This document shows positions 47,831 through 61,092 of a DNA stretch of 64,000 nucleotides, in pieces; the stretch's first letter is position 1; the number at the start of each line of letters is the position of its first letter. The notes beneath the pieces are model-generated. The model saw only the letters and a list, made by a program, of their open reading frames with translations, searched no databases and was not told the origin of the DNA. The DNA is from Octopus bimaculoides (Eukaryota): NCBI RefSeq assembly GCF_001194135.2, contig NC_068984.1:6199058-6263057 (forward strand), read 5' to 3'. The position numbers and the translations under genes were made by a program.

Positions 47831-49857
47831 AATTACTGCATTCAGCTCCACTTGAGAACTCTTTCCAGTCATCTTGAGCAAGAGTAATATGTTGCATGTA
47901 TTGGTAACTAAATCTCACTGTTGTGGCAGAAGACAAGATTTCCACACCAAAGAATAAAACACAAGAATCCAAGAAAATTAGTAAAAACTAATGGTATTAT
48001 TACTTCAGACAGAAGAGAAATTGAAAATGAAAGGGTGATGGAATGCTTTTGAAGAATAGGATTTACACAATGTGGGAAGAAGAACAGTATGATTGAAAAA
48101 CTCATGTCAGCTGAACTGATACATGCAAACAAAATAGATAGCTGTGAAGGGTATGGGTAGTATTAGCAACAATGTTGAAAGCAAGATAAACAAAGTTTGT
48201 TGAATTGGTGCACATACAAACAATGTAGGTGCAGAGGAGAGAGCAAGTCAGCATTGGAAAGTATGTTGTTATCAATGAAGATCAGAATGAGTTGAATTCA
48301 GGCAGTGGGGAGTGGGTGAAGACAAGAGCAGGGAGGTGTTGGAAAGACTTTTGAGGGCAATAATGATCAGGTACACCCATACAGATAGATAGCTTCTTAT
48401 CATCAAGCATAATCATTACTTTACATTTGCTCTCGAGGCTGGCACAATATGGATGGGTCTTCACAGCCCAAGTAGGTTGTTATTTGGTGTTATTTCCCTC
48501 CTAGATGTCTTGCTTGCACTTTCCATTTTTAGCATGGTTTCTACAGCTACTTGACATCTTTTAATAGCAGTTTATTGTGAAAGCAGCATGAAAGAGATTG
48601 CCTTATTTTCTATAAAGGCTACAGGGTCTTCTTTATGCTATATTGTCTTCATTCATTCACCAGTGCCATAAAGTTGTCTCACCTACAGTAAGACTGAACA
48701 TTTTGTCTTCCCAGTATTCTCTCCATTCACTTCTTAGTTTTCCACACAAATGGGTGGGAAGAGAGCCAGAGTAAGAGGATGCGAGAAGAAAGAGTAATAG
48801 AAAAAAAAAACAGACAGAGGGACTGGAGTGAGAGAATGAGACACAGTTACATGGTGGTTGTTTGTAAAGATATTCAGTAGAAGAAATGTATCCATCAGAG
48901 GAGACAGAGTAATAGAAGACAATGTGATAACTAGCCACATGATGGTAAAAGAGATTGCCTAGAGACAAGAACAGCATAGTAGTGGTGAGGGGTACAGAGT
49001 GATAGAAGGAGAACAAGGTGATGGAGAAATAATGTAAAAGTGACAGAAAAAGGCTAACAATGGTGGGGTACTCAATTTACAAGTAGCAAATAAGAAAGAG
49101 AGCGAGAGAGAGAGAGAGAGAGAGAGAGATTGTTAGGACGTCTCTCACCATGTGGTTATTCTCAAGCGATGAGCATGTCTGATTTGAACTGATTCAGTTA
49201 TGCCCATCGATAATATCTAGCTGCTTGTTGTGTAATGCAGATTGTGCCACCAAAAGAAAAAAGAAAAAAAAAACAGATCTAGGCAGATAAGGTTTCAATA
49301 CACAATCCATAAAATCAACCTTGTTACCATATGCTTTGGATCATCTAGCATAAATACAGCACAGTAGATTTGCTTAAATCTCTTTGGTTTAGGTTCTTCA
49401 TGACAAACAACAGAGCCATGAAAAGTTCTCCTGTCCAACCCATGTCAGCATGGAACACAGTCAATGATGATAGTGTGTTGTTATGACTGTCATTGTTAGA
49501 CAGAAAGTAGGGTCTCAGGGTTTAGCCCCTTACCTAGTTTGTTTTATAGGGCTCTGAAGTGAAGATTATGTACATAGAAAGAATTGAATTGAGTATTACT
49601 AGAACCAATAAAACGGTTATCAGTTTTATAGTGTTATTGGTATTTAGCAGTATCTGGGTTAGACCAACAGTTTATTCTGAGAATTTTAGTTTCTTAAAAT
49701 TTTGCTGCGTTACAACAATCTCATTATAAAAGACAATGCAATTTTATTCCAAATTTAGAATAGAGTCAGCTCTATTTAGTAGCCATATTTTTATAATCGT
49801 CATTAAATCCAAACAAATTTAGACCAATGATACCACAGTTACAAAATTAAAGTAGTT

Positions 49858-49890
<33 letters not shown>

Positions 49891-50477
49891 TTAAAAAAAT
49901 AGCTATCAATAAGAAATTGAACAACTAGAAACTGCTCATTAACTATATGGTATAATAGATTCATAATTACTTGCTATGGAAAGACCATGTTAATCACCTC
50001 AGGGCTAATGGAGTTTGTCTAAACATTCTATCTATGCTCAATGTGCCTAAAACCACCTGTTTCTCTCTATTTTGTGATACTTAATTGCTATCCTACTATA
50101 ACTAGCAAAATTGAAAATATCATTTTAATTTATTTTATATTTATTTATTTATTTTTTTGTTAACAACCAGAATTTCACAAATTGCAGTAGAAACAAGTTT
50201 CTTTCTGCATGTAATAGTGACACTAATGATTTGTATACAAATAATGAAATTTTTCAAACTTGACACTGTTATTGAATTAAATAAATTAAAGTGTAGTATT
50301 TTGTATTTTACTATTAAATTTCTTGATATTTCATTTGTCAAAACCTGAAATTTATCTGAGGTCCTCATGCAAGAATTGGTTAAATATTTTGTCATGTCAG
50401 CCTAGAATAAATACTAAAATCTCACCATGATAGTTTTCTCCAGCTTTATGACAGAAAGTCACTTAACTTAATTATGC

Positions 50478-50491
50478 TTCTCACTCACTCA

Positions 50492-50575
<84 letters not shown>

Positions 50576-50582
50576 CACACAC
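50478..50582. repeat. (CA)n microsatellite
   Basis: Direct repeat; many other CA/TG tracts occur across the window. Confidence 0.95.
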
Positions 50583-51371
50583 ATGTATGATTATGTGCAT
50601 GTATATAAGTAGATGTAGCTGTTTGGTGAAGAAGTTTGTTTCCCAGCCACATAGTTTAGAGTTTAGTCCCACTGTGTAGCAACTTAATAATAGAAAAAAA
50701 AAAGCAAGGTGGTTGGGACTCCATCAGATATTAGTTCTGTGGAAACAAAATATTTAAATACAAATGAAAAACTAATGATGACACTATGAAATACGACCTG
50801 AGATTTCTAATTAACAATCCTTCAATTTCATTTATAAACTAATTAGAAAAGTAAGTGAATTATGCACTCTCATATTTAGATAAGGATGTTTTTCTTCATA
50901 ATCATTAGTGTGCTCATTGCAGTTTAGAGAGCAGAGAGAACTTCTACAATTGATGTCTTGCCATGATAATAGATCCAGAATATTCAGGAAGAAGATGTGT
51001 CATTCATGGCTTTCTAAAGAGGTTTAGTTGGATAAATGAAGTGCAATAGCTTCAACTTGTTGCAGATTCAGGTAACAGGGAACTTAGCTTTCTTCTAAAC
51101 TTATTGTAATCAAGACACAACTGCTGTAGATAACAGTGACAGTAACTCTACAGTAGTCACTGTTGCTAACTGGCTTTTCTATGATAACATAATTATGAAC
51201 ACTAATGTACTATATGGATACATGATATAATAGCAAGTAATTACAAGGCACCAACAACAATACAATCACCAATGATATTATTAGAAGCAATAAAAACATC
51301 CACACTACAACCATTTTAAGACGGTATGATATTACTTGGGGGAGATCAGTGGGAAGTTTTGCCAAGTAGCT

Positions 51372-51597
51372 TATTTCTTTACTACCCACAAGGGGCTACA
51401 CACAGAGGGGACAAACAAGGACAGACAAACGGATTAAGTCGATTATATCCACCCCAGGGTGTAACTGGTACTTAATTTATTGATCCCGAAAGGATGAAAG
51501 TTGACCTCGGCGGAATTTGAACTCAGAACGTAACTGCTGACGAAATACTGCTAAGCATTTCGCGTGGCGTGCTAATGTTTCTGTCAGCTTGCTGCCA
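51372..51597 (-). mobile_element. Family-2 tRNA-SINE, near full length
   Basis: Matches 23681-23914 and the reverse complement of 40217-40423. Confidence 0.9.
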
Positions 51598-53614
51598 AGT
51601 TAAGTATCTGTGAAGTGATTCCTTCACTGGCCACCACCACAAGAATTTGTTAGGGTAGGGAGAGAGACAAGATAGTGGAGCAAGTGCAGTATGTCCTCAC
51701 AGTGATGAAGTGTGAAGTAATAAGGAATAATTAGAAAAAATAGATTTGTGGGTTGAGCATAGTCTTTCAGCTGACCTACCTCTGTGCCATAGGTTTGCTC
51801 AATCATAGGTTTGTTCTAACCTGGATCTACACAACAATAACAACTTTGTCACTACCAATTATTCTGAAAACAAAGCTAATTTTTTTCACCCATTATAACA
51901 GTTTCAAATAAAGATGTGTTTCACTTAAAATATTGCAATTGCATAAAAATGTAAAAACAGAAGAAAAATAGGAAAGAAAAAACAATAACGACAACGTTTA
52001 ATAAATAGCAATGTTTAATGTGAAAAGCCATTTAAACAAGTTGATTTTTAAAGACAACTGATAATTATAGGAAAGATGATTTTGAATGTATGCACGTGTG
52101 TGTGGGGGGAGTGGATGGGTGGGTGTTTGATTTTGAAATAATAATAATCATTTCAATAACAAATTGAAAAACATTATTTAAAAAAAAATACATTCAAGAG
52201 GAAAAAAAAATAATTAAAATTCACCTCTGTGATATCTAAAATCCATAATTTTAAGGCAATTTAAGCAAAATGATAGAATTTGACATTTTAGACAATCTTT
52301 TAACCAATAATTGCTACATTGCCATCATCATGGTAATCATCATCACATTGCCATTATTGTTATCATTATCATCATCATAATTGCCATCATGGTCATGATC
52401 ATTATCATTCTCTTCACTATCATAAATGTTATCCCCATTAGCATACAATAAATTAAAGTTGATAGAGAGGCAAACAAAATGACATGCAGCATTTAGTTAT
52501 TTCCCTTTACATTCCAAGCTCACCCCCACCTTTTTCTGAAAGTAGAATTATCATTTTACAGGGTTGATTACAGTCACAGAGTGGAGTCAATTCAAATGAC
52601 TACATCTCTCACACTAAACATGTAGTCTTGAGCCACATTTACAAAAAGTTATTCTGTAATTAATTGTTTGTATGTATACATAATGATACAATGACAGAGA
52701 CAGAAAAAAATTAACAATTCAGATTAAACTAAATATTCTTTACCTTGTTGTCAGAAAGCATAATGACTTAATGCCTAGCAACCACTTTTGGTGTCATTGC
52801 TGAAATATACTGTTTAGCCCCAGGTCAAACTCGATTGAGCAAACCTATGATCAAAAATATTCCAGTTGTGATCATACCAACTTTTCTCATGACTACATTA
52901 TCCAATGTGTCCTTTGTGTTTTATAGACAGTAGGATGTGATTCAATGGTGACTTGACAGCTATTTCTAGCAAATTCATTAATCACGTAGAGGCTTAATTA
53001 ATGGTTCTTGATATTTTAATTTCTTTTGATTTATTTGTAATTTAAATGACAAAAGTGATCCTTCCTGATCAGCCCCGATCAAGCAGGCCTTCGATTACAA
53101 ACATTCCCGTGTTGACCATCTTGTCTTTTCTTTATCTAAGATGACATTATACCATCTTTCCTTTTTGTGATTTATTGGAAATTCAACTGCTGTTTCTAGC
53201 AAGTTGAGTGACATAGTAAAAGCTCCCCTAGTTTTGTATACTTGTCTGGTATGGTTAAGTTGCAATAGCATCATTATTGTTTAGCTCAAGGGCAACTCTG
53301 ATTCTGCACACCTCCAATGAAATGCATTCTAGTCATGGCTATCAGATCTTTTTATGGGTAGACGTTTAAAAATACATTTCCTAATGTTCATTTCCCTTTT
53401 TGTAATATGGCAAAATTAAATTGAGAGACATTTGATTACTATTTATAACAGATTAAGCTATTGTAGAGAAACTCTCAAGAGTGGTGGTTATGCTGTTGTT
53501 AAATATGTTCATAACATAAATAAGGTATTAATTGTATTATGGTGCATGGCATAAAATTGCCTCATTGTCTGCAAAAACCCCACTCAGTAAAATGGGATCT
53601 TTGTTTTTCAGGCT

Positions 53615-53820
53615 GCATAGTGACCTCAGAAGTGCTTAGTGTTACAAAAAAGTTACCCAGTACATTCTGTAAAATGATTGGCGTTAGGAAGACGATCCAG
53701 CCATAGAAATCATGTCAAAGCAGACGTTGGAGCATAATGCTATCTTTGATCTAGTTAGGTCTTGTTGAACCATTCAACAAATGCCAGAATGGAACATGGA
53801 CATTAAATGATGATGAGGAG
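53615..53820 (+). mobile_element. Diverged RTE-type 3' tail
   Basis: ATTGGCGTTAGGAAGACGATCCAGCCATAGAAA..ATGGAACATGGACATTAAATGATGATG. Confidence 0.7.
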
Positions 53821-53879
53821 GAGGGAGATAACAGAAACAGTGGAGCATTGTTACAATAATCACATATCTTTGTTTTATC

Positions 53880-54138
53880 TTTCATATTTTACTTGTTTCA
53901 GTCATTAGATGGTGGCCATGCTAGGGTACCACCCTGAAGGACTTTGGTGAGATGAATTGATCCTAATACTTCCTTTTTTTACCTTCAAAGTCTGGTACTT
54001 ATTCTATCAGTCTGTTTTGCTGAACCGCATAGTTATGGGGATGTAAGCACACCAATACTGGTTGTCAAGCAGTGATGGGGGACAAATACAGACACAGAGA
54101 GACACACATACACGCACACACACACACACGCACGCACA

Positions 54139-54198
<60 letters not shown>

Positions 54199-54262
54199 TA
54201 ACAGGCTTCTTTTCATTTTCCGTCTACCAAATCCACTCACAAGGCTTTGGTCGGCTCAGGCC
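53880..54262 (-). mobile_element. Family-1 SINE, 5'-truncated, with internal (CA)n
   Basis: 3' half, microsatellite and CGTCTACCAAATCCACTCACAAGGCTTTGGTCGGC. Confidence 0.85.
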
Positions 54263-54804
54263 GTGTGATTGGGGAGTAAACTTCTTACCACACAGTCACA
54301 CCATATTTTTATGTTCTGTGATTAAATTCCTAATTCTGAGGCAATGCAGTTTAATTCAGTTGACTATATGTTTGCCAACAAATTTAAGGTTTGTCCCAAT
54401 ATAAAATGAGTCAAGTACTAAGGTTGATTTAATCAAGTCAACCTTTCCCTTTAAAATGAACCTAGTTGTTCAATCAATTACACAATGATAAAAGGTAGGT
54501 TTAGTCAATGCTTCGTTATGGCAACAACTTAAGATAGGGGTGGTTCTGCTGGATTATAGATCCAAATGTTAACAGATCAATTCTTTAGAGAAAATACATT
54601 TTCCCTTGACATCTACAATTTATTTGCATGTAAAATTACTCATCTCCATTTTCCCCCTTTACAGTAAAGAGCTTGTTTATAAGATAAACAAAAGATACTT
54701 CCAAAGATACCTCAAGTAAATGAAGGTATCATGAAAAGCAAAATACAAAAAAATGTATTGTACAAATTCTAAAAGAAAAAAAAAACTGACAATAGTTAAT
54801 GAAG

Positions 54805-55308
54805 TCATCATCATCCTCATCATCATCATCATCGTCGTCGTTTAACGTCTGCTTTCCATGCTGGCATGGGTTGGACGGTTTAACTGAGGACTGGTGTGAA
54901 CCAGAAGGCTGCACCAGGCTCAATCTGATCAGGCAAAGTTTCTACAGCTGGATGCCCTTCCTAATGCCAACCACTCCAAGAGTGTAGTGGGTGCTTTTTA
55001 TGTGCCACCGGCATGAGGGCCAGTCAGGCAGTTCTGGCAATGACCATGCTCAAAAAGTGCTTTTTTATGTGCTACCTGCATGGGAGCTAGTCCGGCGGTA
55101 CTGGCAACGACCATGCTCGAATGTTGTTTGTCACGTGCCACTGGCACATGTGCCGGTAAGGCGACGCTGGCAACGATCACACTCGAATGGTGTTTTTTAC
55201 ATGCCACCAGCATGGGAGCCAATCCGTGACCCTGGCAACGATCATGCTCGGATGTGCTTTTAACGTTCCACTGGTACGAGTGCCAATCAAGCGGTACTGC
55301 CATCGACA
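54805..55308 (-). mobile_element. RTE-LINE 3' UTR with five ~65-bp subrepeats and tail
   Basis: Tail core at 54830-54990; units GGTGCTTTTTA(T/C)GTGCCACC..CTGGCAACGA(C/T)CATGCTCG. Confidence 0.88.
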
Positions 55309-55394
55309 ATATTTATAAAACTTACTGATATTGATATCATCATTGTCATCAATCTCCTCCTCCCCCTCCTCCTCCTCATCATCATCACCATCGT

Positions 55395-55550
55395 CATTCT
55401 CATCTTCATCATTTAATGTTCATCTTCTATGAAAGCATGGGTTCGATGGTTCAACAACATCTGACCAGCTGGAAGACTATATTATGCTCCAATGCCTGCT
55501 TTAGTATGGTTTCTGCAGCTGGATGCCCTTTCTGATGCATCCATTTTACA
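55395..55550 (-). mobile_element. Diverged RTE-type 3' tail
   Basis: GCATGGGTT..TATGGTTTCTGCAGCTGGATGCCCTT. Confidence 0.6.
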
Positions 55551-55835
55551 CAGTAATTTATAATCTTATATTAGAGAATGGGTAAAAAGCATTATCAGAA
55601 ACCCAGCCTTCAGAATTTGGTTCAGAAAGATATTTTCAGTAAAATTAATTTTTCTGTTATATTACTCAAGCAGTACAATGGCTGAATGAATGAACTAATT
55701 GGTTACTGATGGCCAATAAAACAAGTTGACCACCAGATAATGTTTCAATGTAAGATTATAATTATAATTTTTTTGTTCTATTCTTATTTTTTTTATTTTT
55801 TACAAAATATATTTCTATTCAGCTTTTAATGAATG

Positions 55836-55859
55836 CTTGTTTTTTCTTTGCAGGTAAGT
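55836..55859 (+). promoter_or_regulatory. Candidate recursive splice site (3' splice site fused to a perfect 5' splice site)
   Basis: CTTGTTTTTTCTTTGCAG|GTAAGT with a branch-like TTTTAAT about 25 nt upstream. Confidence 0.45.
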
Positions 55860-56142
55860 AATTCAAGCAGTTTCTACTGAATCATGTAATGGTTTCCATT
55901 GGATTTTACAACCCTCTCTGCATATCTGAGAACTACCAGAGCTAGATTTTTCGAAGTGTATCAAGTGAAAAGGTAGGAGTAATATGCATGAAATAGAAGT
56001 GCATACAAAGGCAGCATTAATGTGGTAAACTGAGGTACACTTGTAAATGTAAGAATTCAGATGTCATGAATTTTAACACAAAGCCAGAACTTTCAAATTT
56101 AGTTAAGGACATATGTGAACATAATATCAAATTATATATTCT

Positions 56143-56556
56143 TTCATTCTTTTACTTGTTTCAGTCATTTGACTGTGGCCATGCTGGAGCACTGCAGTTA
56201 GTCAATCAAATCGACCCCAGAGCTTATTCTTTGTAAGCCTAGTGCTTATTTTTATCGGTCTCTCTTGCCTGCATCGGTTGTCAAGCAATGCTGGGGATAC
56301 AAACACAGACACACAAACATATGCACGCACACACACATACACACACACACTCACACACACACACACACACACACATACACATATACAACGGGCTTCTTCC
56401 AGTTTTTGTTTACTAAATCGACTCACAAGGCTTTGGTCAGCCCAAGGCTATAGTCGAAGGCACTTGCCCAAGGTGCCATGCAGTGGGATTGAACTCAGGA
56501 CCATGTGGTTGGTAAGCATGTCACTCCTGCGCCTAGCTACTAACCATACAGCCACT
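56143..56556 (-). mobile_element. Family-1 SINE, full length, head locally rearranged
   Basis: Complete head, core, (CA)n and 3' half; the head-terminal CACTCCTGCGCCT is displaced internally. Confidence 0.88.
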
Positions 56557-57014
56557 CAACCCTATGTCATTTGTTTCTATTGAATGTGTTATGCTGTAGA
56601 ATGTCACACACATACATACAAACACCCATATATATATATATATATACATAAATACATAGAAACAAAATTTGTTTCTAAATGAATATGGTGATTATGTGAA
56701 ATTGACAATCTTCATTCCAATTGTGTATTTTAGAATCCAAACCTTGAACAAAGATAATCAATGGCCCATTGCCATATTGTAATTATTAAGAATACTCCTG
56801 TATACATTAAGATAGTTATATCGATAGGTAGAGAGAGTGTATGCAAAAGAGCAAGAGAAAAATAGCAAAGGAGGGAATTATTAGGTAACTGAAAGAAGGT
56901 TCACATTACCAATGCTTACACTCACACACATTTAGTACTCCCTGCCTCTCTCTCTTTTCAATTACACTCCAATCATCAGCTTAGCTTTAACTACATTTCT
57001 CTAAACCAGTGGCA

Positions 57015-57392
57015 ACATGCCATGCTTGAGGAGACCTACTGAGTCAAGTACATCAACATTAACATCAGCAATATCAAAATCAAATCAAATGGAAATTGTA
57101 GTTGTGACCCCTGTAAAAAGCACCATCTGAACATGGCCGATGCCAGTGCCGCCTTGACTGGCTTCTGTGCCGGTGGCATGTAAAAAAGCACCATCCAATC
57201 ATGGTCGATGTCAACTCCTCTGGCCCCAGTGCCGGTGGCACGTAAAAAGCACCCAATACACTTTCGGAGTGGTTGATATTGGGAAGGGCATCCATCTGTA
57301 GAAACACTGCCAGATCAGATTGGGGCTTAGTGTAGCCTCCAATTCATGCCAGCATGGGAAACGGACATTAAACGATGATGATGATGATGGTA
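57015..57392 (+). mobile_element. RTE-LINE 3' UTR with (GAT)n
   Basis: GAGTCAAGTACATCAACAT..AAATGGAAATTGTAGTTGTGA, subrepeats and tail. Confidence 0.88.
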
Positions 57393-58205
57393 ATGATGCT
57401 GATAAGTGTCATTGCCTTTTTATACTTTCATATACACCATTGTCTGCTTTATTTCAGATTAGTAGAATTGTTCTGAGTTCAAATCCTATCAAGACCATCT
57501 TTGACTTTTATCCTTTATAGGTGTGTGTGTGTGTGTGTGCATGCATGCACCAATGTTACATTTATTCTTTCCAATAGCATGAAAAAGCATTATTGAGTGA
57601 TCTGATAAAAAATAAATCGATAAAGTAAGTACAGGGGTCAATATGATGAAATACAATCCATTGAAGTTGGTGCCAGTATGATCTTTGATGAATGACAGTA
57701 CAAGATATAAACAATATACATACATGAACACACACACATACAGAGGGTTTTTATAATAGTAAAAGCAGAGTTATTTGTACATTTTCTGCTGGGATTAAAA
57801 TAATTCACAACAACCAGCTGTAATGTGTAACATTTTGAGATTATCACTAAATCTAGTTTTAAGATGAAATCAATGTTATTGCAATTGTACACTGTCCACA
57901 TGATGATGCAGTGTAAGGGATGGTTGTTTACACAGAAATAGGTCAGACTCGTATAATAACAATTAAGGACGGATTGTGTTGGTGAATGTCATAGAAATAC
58001 ACTGGTTGTCACTTAAACTATAGCAACAGGGCAAATCTATCTGTATATACAAACTGGTGTGCATACAACTCAGAACAAATAATAAGTAGGCACCTCCTTG
58101 GAAAGTTTATAAAATTGTTGAAAGGAAATATCAACATCTAAATAATATGCAGGTGATGATGATCAGATTTTGAAACTTCCGAGTATCATTATATGACTAT
58201 ATATG

Positions 58206-58245
<40 letters not shown>

Positions 58246-58701
58246 TATACATACAAACATATATATATTATATTGTGTCTGAGGAGAGTCATTCTCTTTT
58301 AGTGCCTTATCATTTAACACACTCACCGGTTTGATTTCCACTCATTTACTTATTTTTTCTAAAATTTCCATTGCATCTTGCAACATTTTCAATAGTCGTT
58401 GATTTTGTCTGTTATTCGAGCTGCGTTCTTTTGGTTTGTTTGTGTGAATGTGTGTGGGTCAGTGTGTGTGTGCGCATACACATATGTATGTATGTATGTA
58501 TATATGTATGTATGTATGTATGCATGTGTGTGCGTATGAGTGTGTATATGAGTGTATCCATGTATGTGTGTGTGTACATTTGTATGTATGTATTCTGCAT
58601 ATCCATGTGTGTGTGTGTTCATGTTTGTGTGTTTGTATGTGTGTGTGTGTATGTTTGCATATGTTTATGTTAGTGTATGTGTTTGCGCGCGTGTGTGTGT
58701 A

Positions 58702-59537
58702 CAGGGTGCAGTGAATAAATTGTCGTCTAAATTACACAAAAATGAAAATAACAATGACATCTCATTTTAACAGATATATTTACCAAAATTACATAAAAAT
58801 ATTTTGAAATTCTAAAGAGTAAATTTATTCAATAAAATCGCCATTGGCTTCAACCACGGCCTCAAGATGACTTCAGAAATCTCCTGGACAACTCTTCTGG
58901 ATGGTCTCCTTGTTTAAGTTGGTGAATGCTGCCATAATCCTTGCCTTCAGTTCATCTTTGTTGTTGCAAGGAGTTTTGTCGGTCTTTCGCTCAACTGCAC
59001 CCCACACATAATAATCAAGGGGGTTGCAGTCTAGGGAGTTAGGTGGCCAAATGTTAGGGGTGATGTGGTTGCAAAAATTCTCTGACAGCCACGACTGGGT
59101 TCTCCAGCAGCCACCCTCTTGGCCCACGGCAGCAATAACTCCTCCTGGCACTTGATGTAGGCTTCCATGCTGAATCTGAGGCTGTGTGAGAAGATGAATG
59201 GAGGCATAACGTTACCATCACTAGTAATCACTCCAAACACCTTCACATTCACCATTAGACTCATCCAACTCTTTCCAAATCCTTTGCACTGTTGTCAGGT
59301 TGACAACCAAACACCCTGAAATGTTAGTATTGGAGCTTCCAGCATGAATGCCAAGTAATACTGCATCTCGCTTCCAAAAAATCTTGCAGAGTGAATTGTG
59401 TCATGGTACTGTTTTTCCCACAGATGGTGCCCAACTAACCCCACTATACTGTGTAGTTGACAAAATAAAAAAAACAAACAATGCACATGCGCAAAATTAA
59501 AAACTTTAAATGGTAACAATTTACCCATCGCATCCTG
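58702..59537 (-). mobile_element. Complete internally deleted Tc1/mariner-superfamily element (maT/DD37D-like), 836 bp, TA TSD
   Basis: TA-CAGGGTGCAGTGAATAAATTGT ... ACAATTTACCCATCGCATCCTG-TA imperfect TIRs; peptides VFGVITSDGNVMPPFIF and WPPNSLDCNPLDYYVWGAVE..KDELKARIMAAF. Confidence 0.9.
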
Positions 59538-59554
59538 TATATGTTTACATACAT

Positions 59555-59830
59555 GCACCATCATCATCATCGTTTAACATCTGCTTTCCATGGGTTGCAC
59601 GATTTGACTGAGGACTGGTGAACCAGATGGCTGCACTAGGTTCCAATCTAATCTGGCAGAGTTTCTACGGCTGGATGTCCTTCCTAACGCCAACCACTCC
59701 AAGAGTGTAGTGGGTGCTTTTACGTGCTACCGGCACAAGGGCCAGTCTGGCGGTACTGGCAACGGCCACATTCAAATAGTGTTTTTTATGTGCCACCTGC
59801 ACAGGAGTCAGCCCAGCGGCACTGACAACA
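59555..59830 (-). mobile_element. RTE-LINE 3' tail with subrepeats
   Basis: CATCATCATCGTTTAAC.. tail core. Confidence 0.85.
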
Positions 59831-59849
59831 ACATATATACTTTACGTGA

Positions 59850-60215
59850 GAAGACTTGTCAGGCCAAGTGAGGTTGTAGTCATGGTCAATGCCAGTTTTG
59901 TGTAACTGGCATGTAAAAATCACCCCTCAAACATTGTGTGATATGCTGTGCTTGAGAAGACCTGTCAAGCCAAGTGAAATCGTAGCTGTGGCTGATGCCA
60001 GTGCCAGTTGACTGGCACCCATGCCGGTTGCACATAAAACGTATCATTTGAGCACATGGACAATGCCAGTGTCATGTCAGTGGCACCCATGCTGGTGGTA
60101 TGTAAAAAGCCACCACTGCACTTTTGGAGTGGTTGGCATTAGGAAGGGCTTCCAGCCATAGAAACCATATCAAACCAGACTGGAACCTAGTGTAACTTCC
60201 CAGCTCACCAGTTTT
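59850..60215 (+). mobile_element. RTE-LINE 3' UTR fragment, inverted relative to 59555-59830 (short third piece 60225-60300 on minus)
   Basis: Subrepeats followed by AAAGCACCACTGCACTTTTGGAGTGGTTGGCATTAGGAAGGG. Confidence 0.78.
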
Positions 60216-61041
60216 CAGTCTATGATTGGATACCTTTCCTTATGCCAACCACTCCAAGAGAGTAATGGGCGCTTTTTACATGCCATTTACATGTCACTTG
60301 CAATGGTCATAACTACGATTCCAATATATATATATATATACATAGTTAATTAATTGAAAAAAAAAACATATATCAGAAAAGAAGCACACTCTAAAGAATA
60401 GAGCAGTAATACAACAAAAAATTCAAATTTTGGACAGAGTTACCAAATGTTTTTTATCCACAAAGCCAAAGCCTTGTGAACAGCGTGTCAAATGCTATAC
60501 AGAGACAAACATTTTCATTTTTAAAATATATATATGTATATATATATATATATATNNNNNNNNNNNNNNNNNNNNNNNNNNNNNNNNNNNNNNNNNNNNN
60601 NNNNNNNNNNNNNNNNNNNNNNNNNNNNNNNNNNNNNNNNNNNNNNNNNNNNNNNNNNNNNNNNNNNNNNNNNNNNNNNNNNNNNNNNNNNNNNNNNNNN
60701 NNNNNNNNNNNNNNNNNNNNNNNNNNNNNNNNNNNNNNNNNNNNNNNNNNNNNNNNNNNNNNNNNNNNNNNNNNNNNNNNNNNNNNNNNNNNNNNNNNNN
60801 NNNNNNNNNNNNNNNNNNNNNNNNNNNNNNNNNNNNNNNNNNNNNNNNNNNNNNNNNNNNNNCTACTAAATTCTCCACCCCTGGCCTCAGGCTGCTGCAG
60901 AAGACACTTATGCCACTGTGCAATGGAATGGATCTTTATATACTACATACATACATAGATAAATAAATACATACACATACGCCCATATATACATATACAC
61001 ACACACACACATATATACATACAAAGACATACGTACACAGG

Positions 61042-61092
<51 letters not shown>

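Noticed and set aside
54970-55308. CRISPR-like or regularly spaced repeat array
   Set aside because: The units are contiguous diverged tandem repeats without unique spacers, inside a eukaryotic LINE 3' UTR.
58270-58430. CTGAGGA-GAG-TCATT-CTC as a hammerhead
   Set aside because: No GAAA follows the short stem and no stem I/III can be formed.
490-60966. Dozens of ORFs rich in CV/HT/YI repeats or X runs in the supplied track
   Set aside because: They are translations of (TG)n, (CA)n and (TA)n microsatellites or N gaps, with no coding signal.
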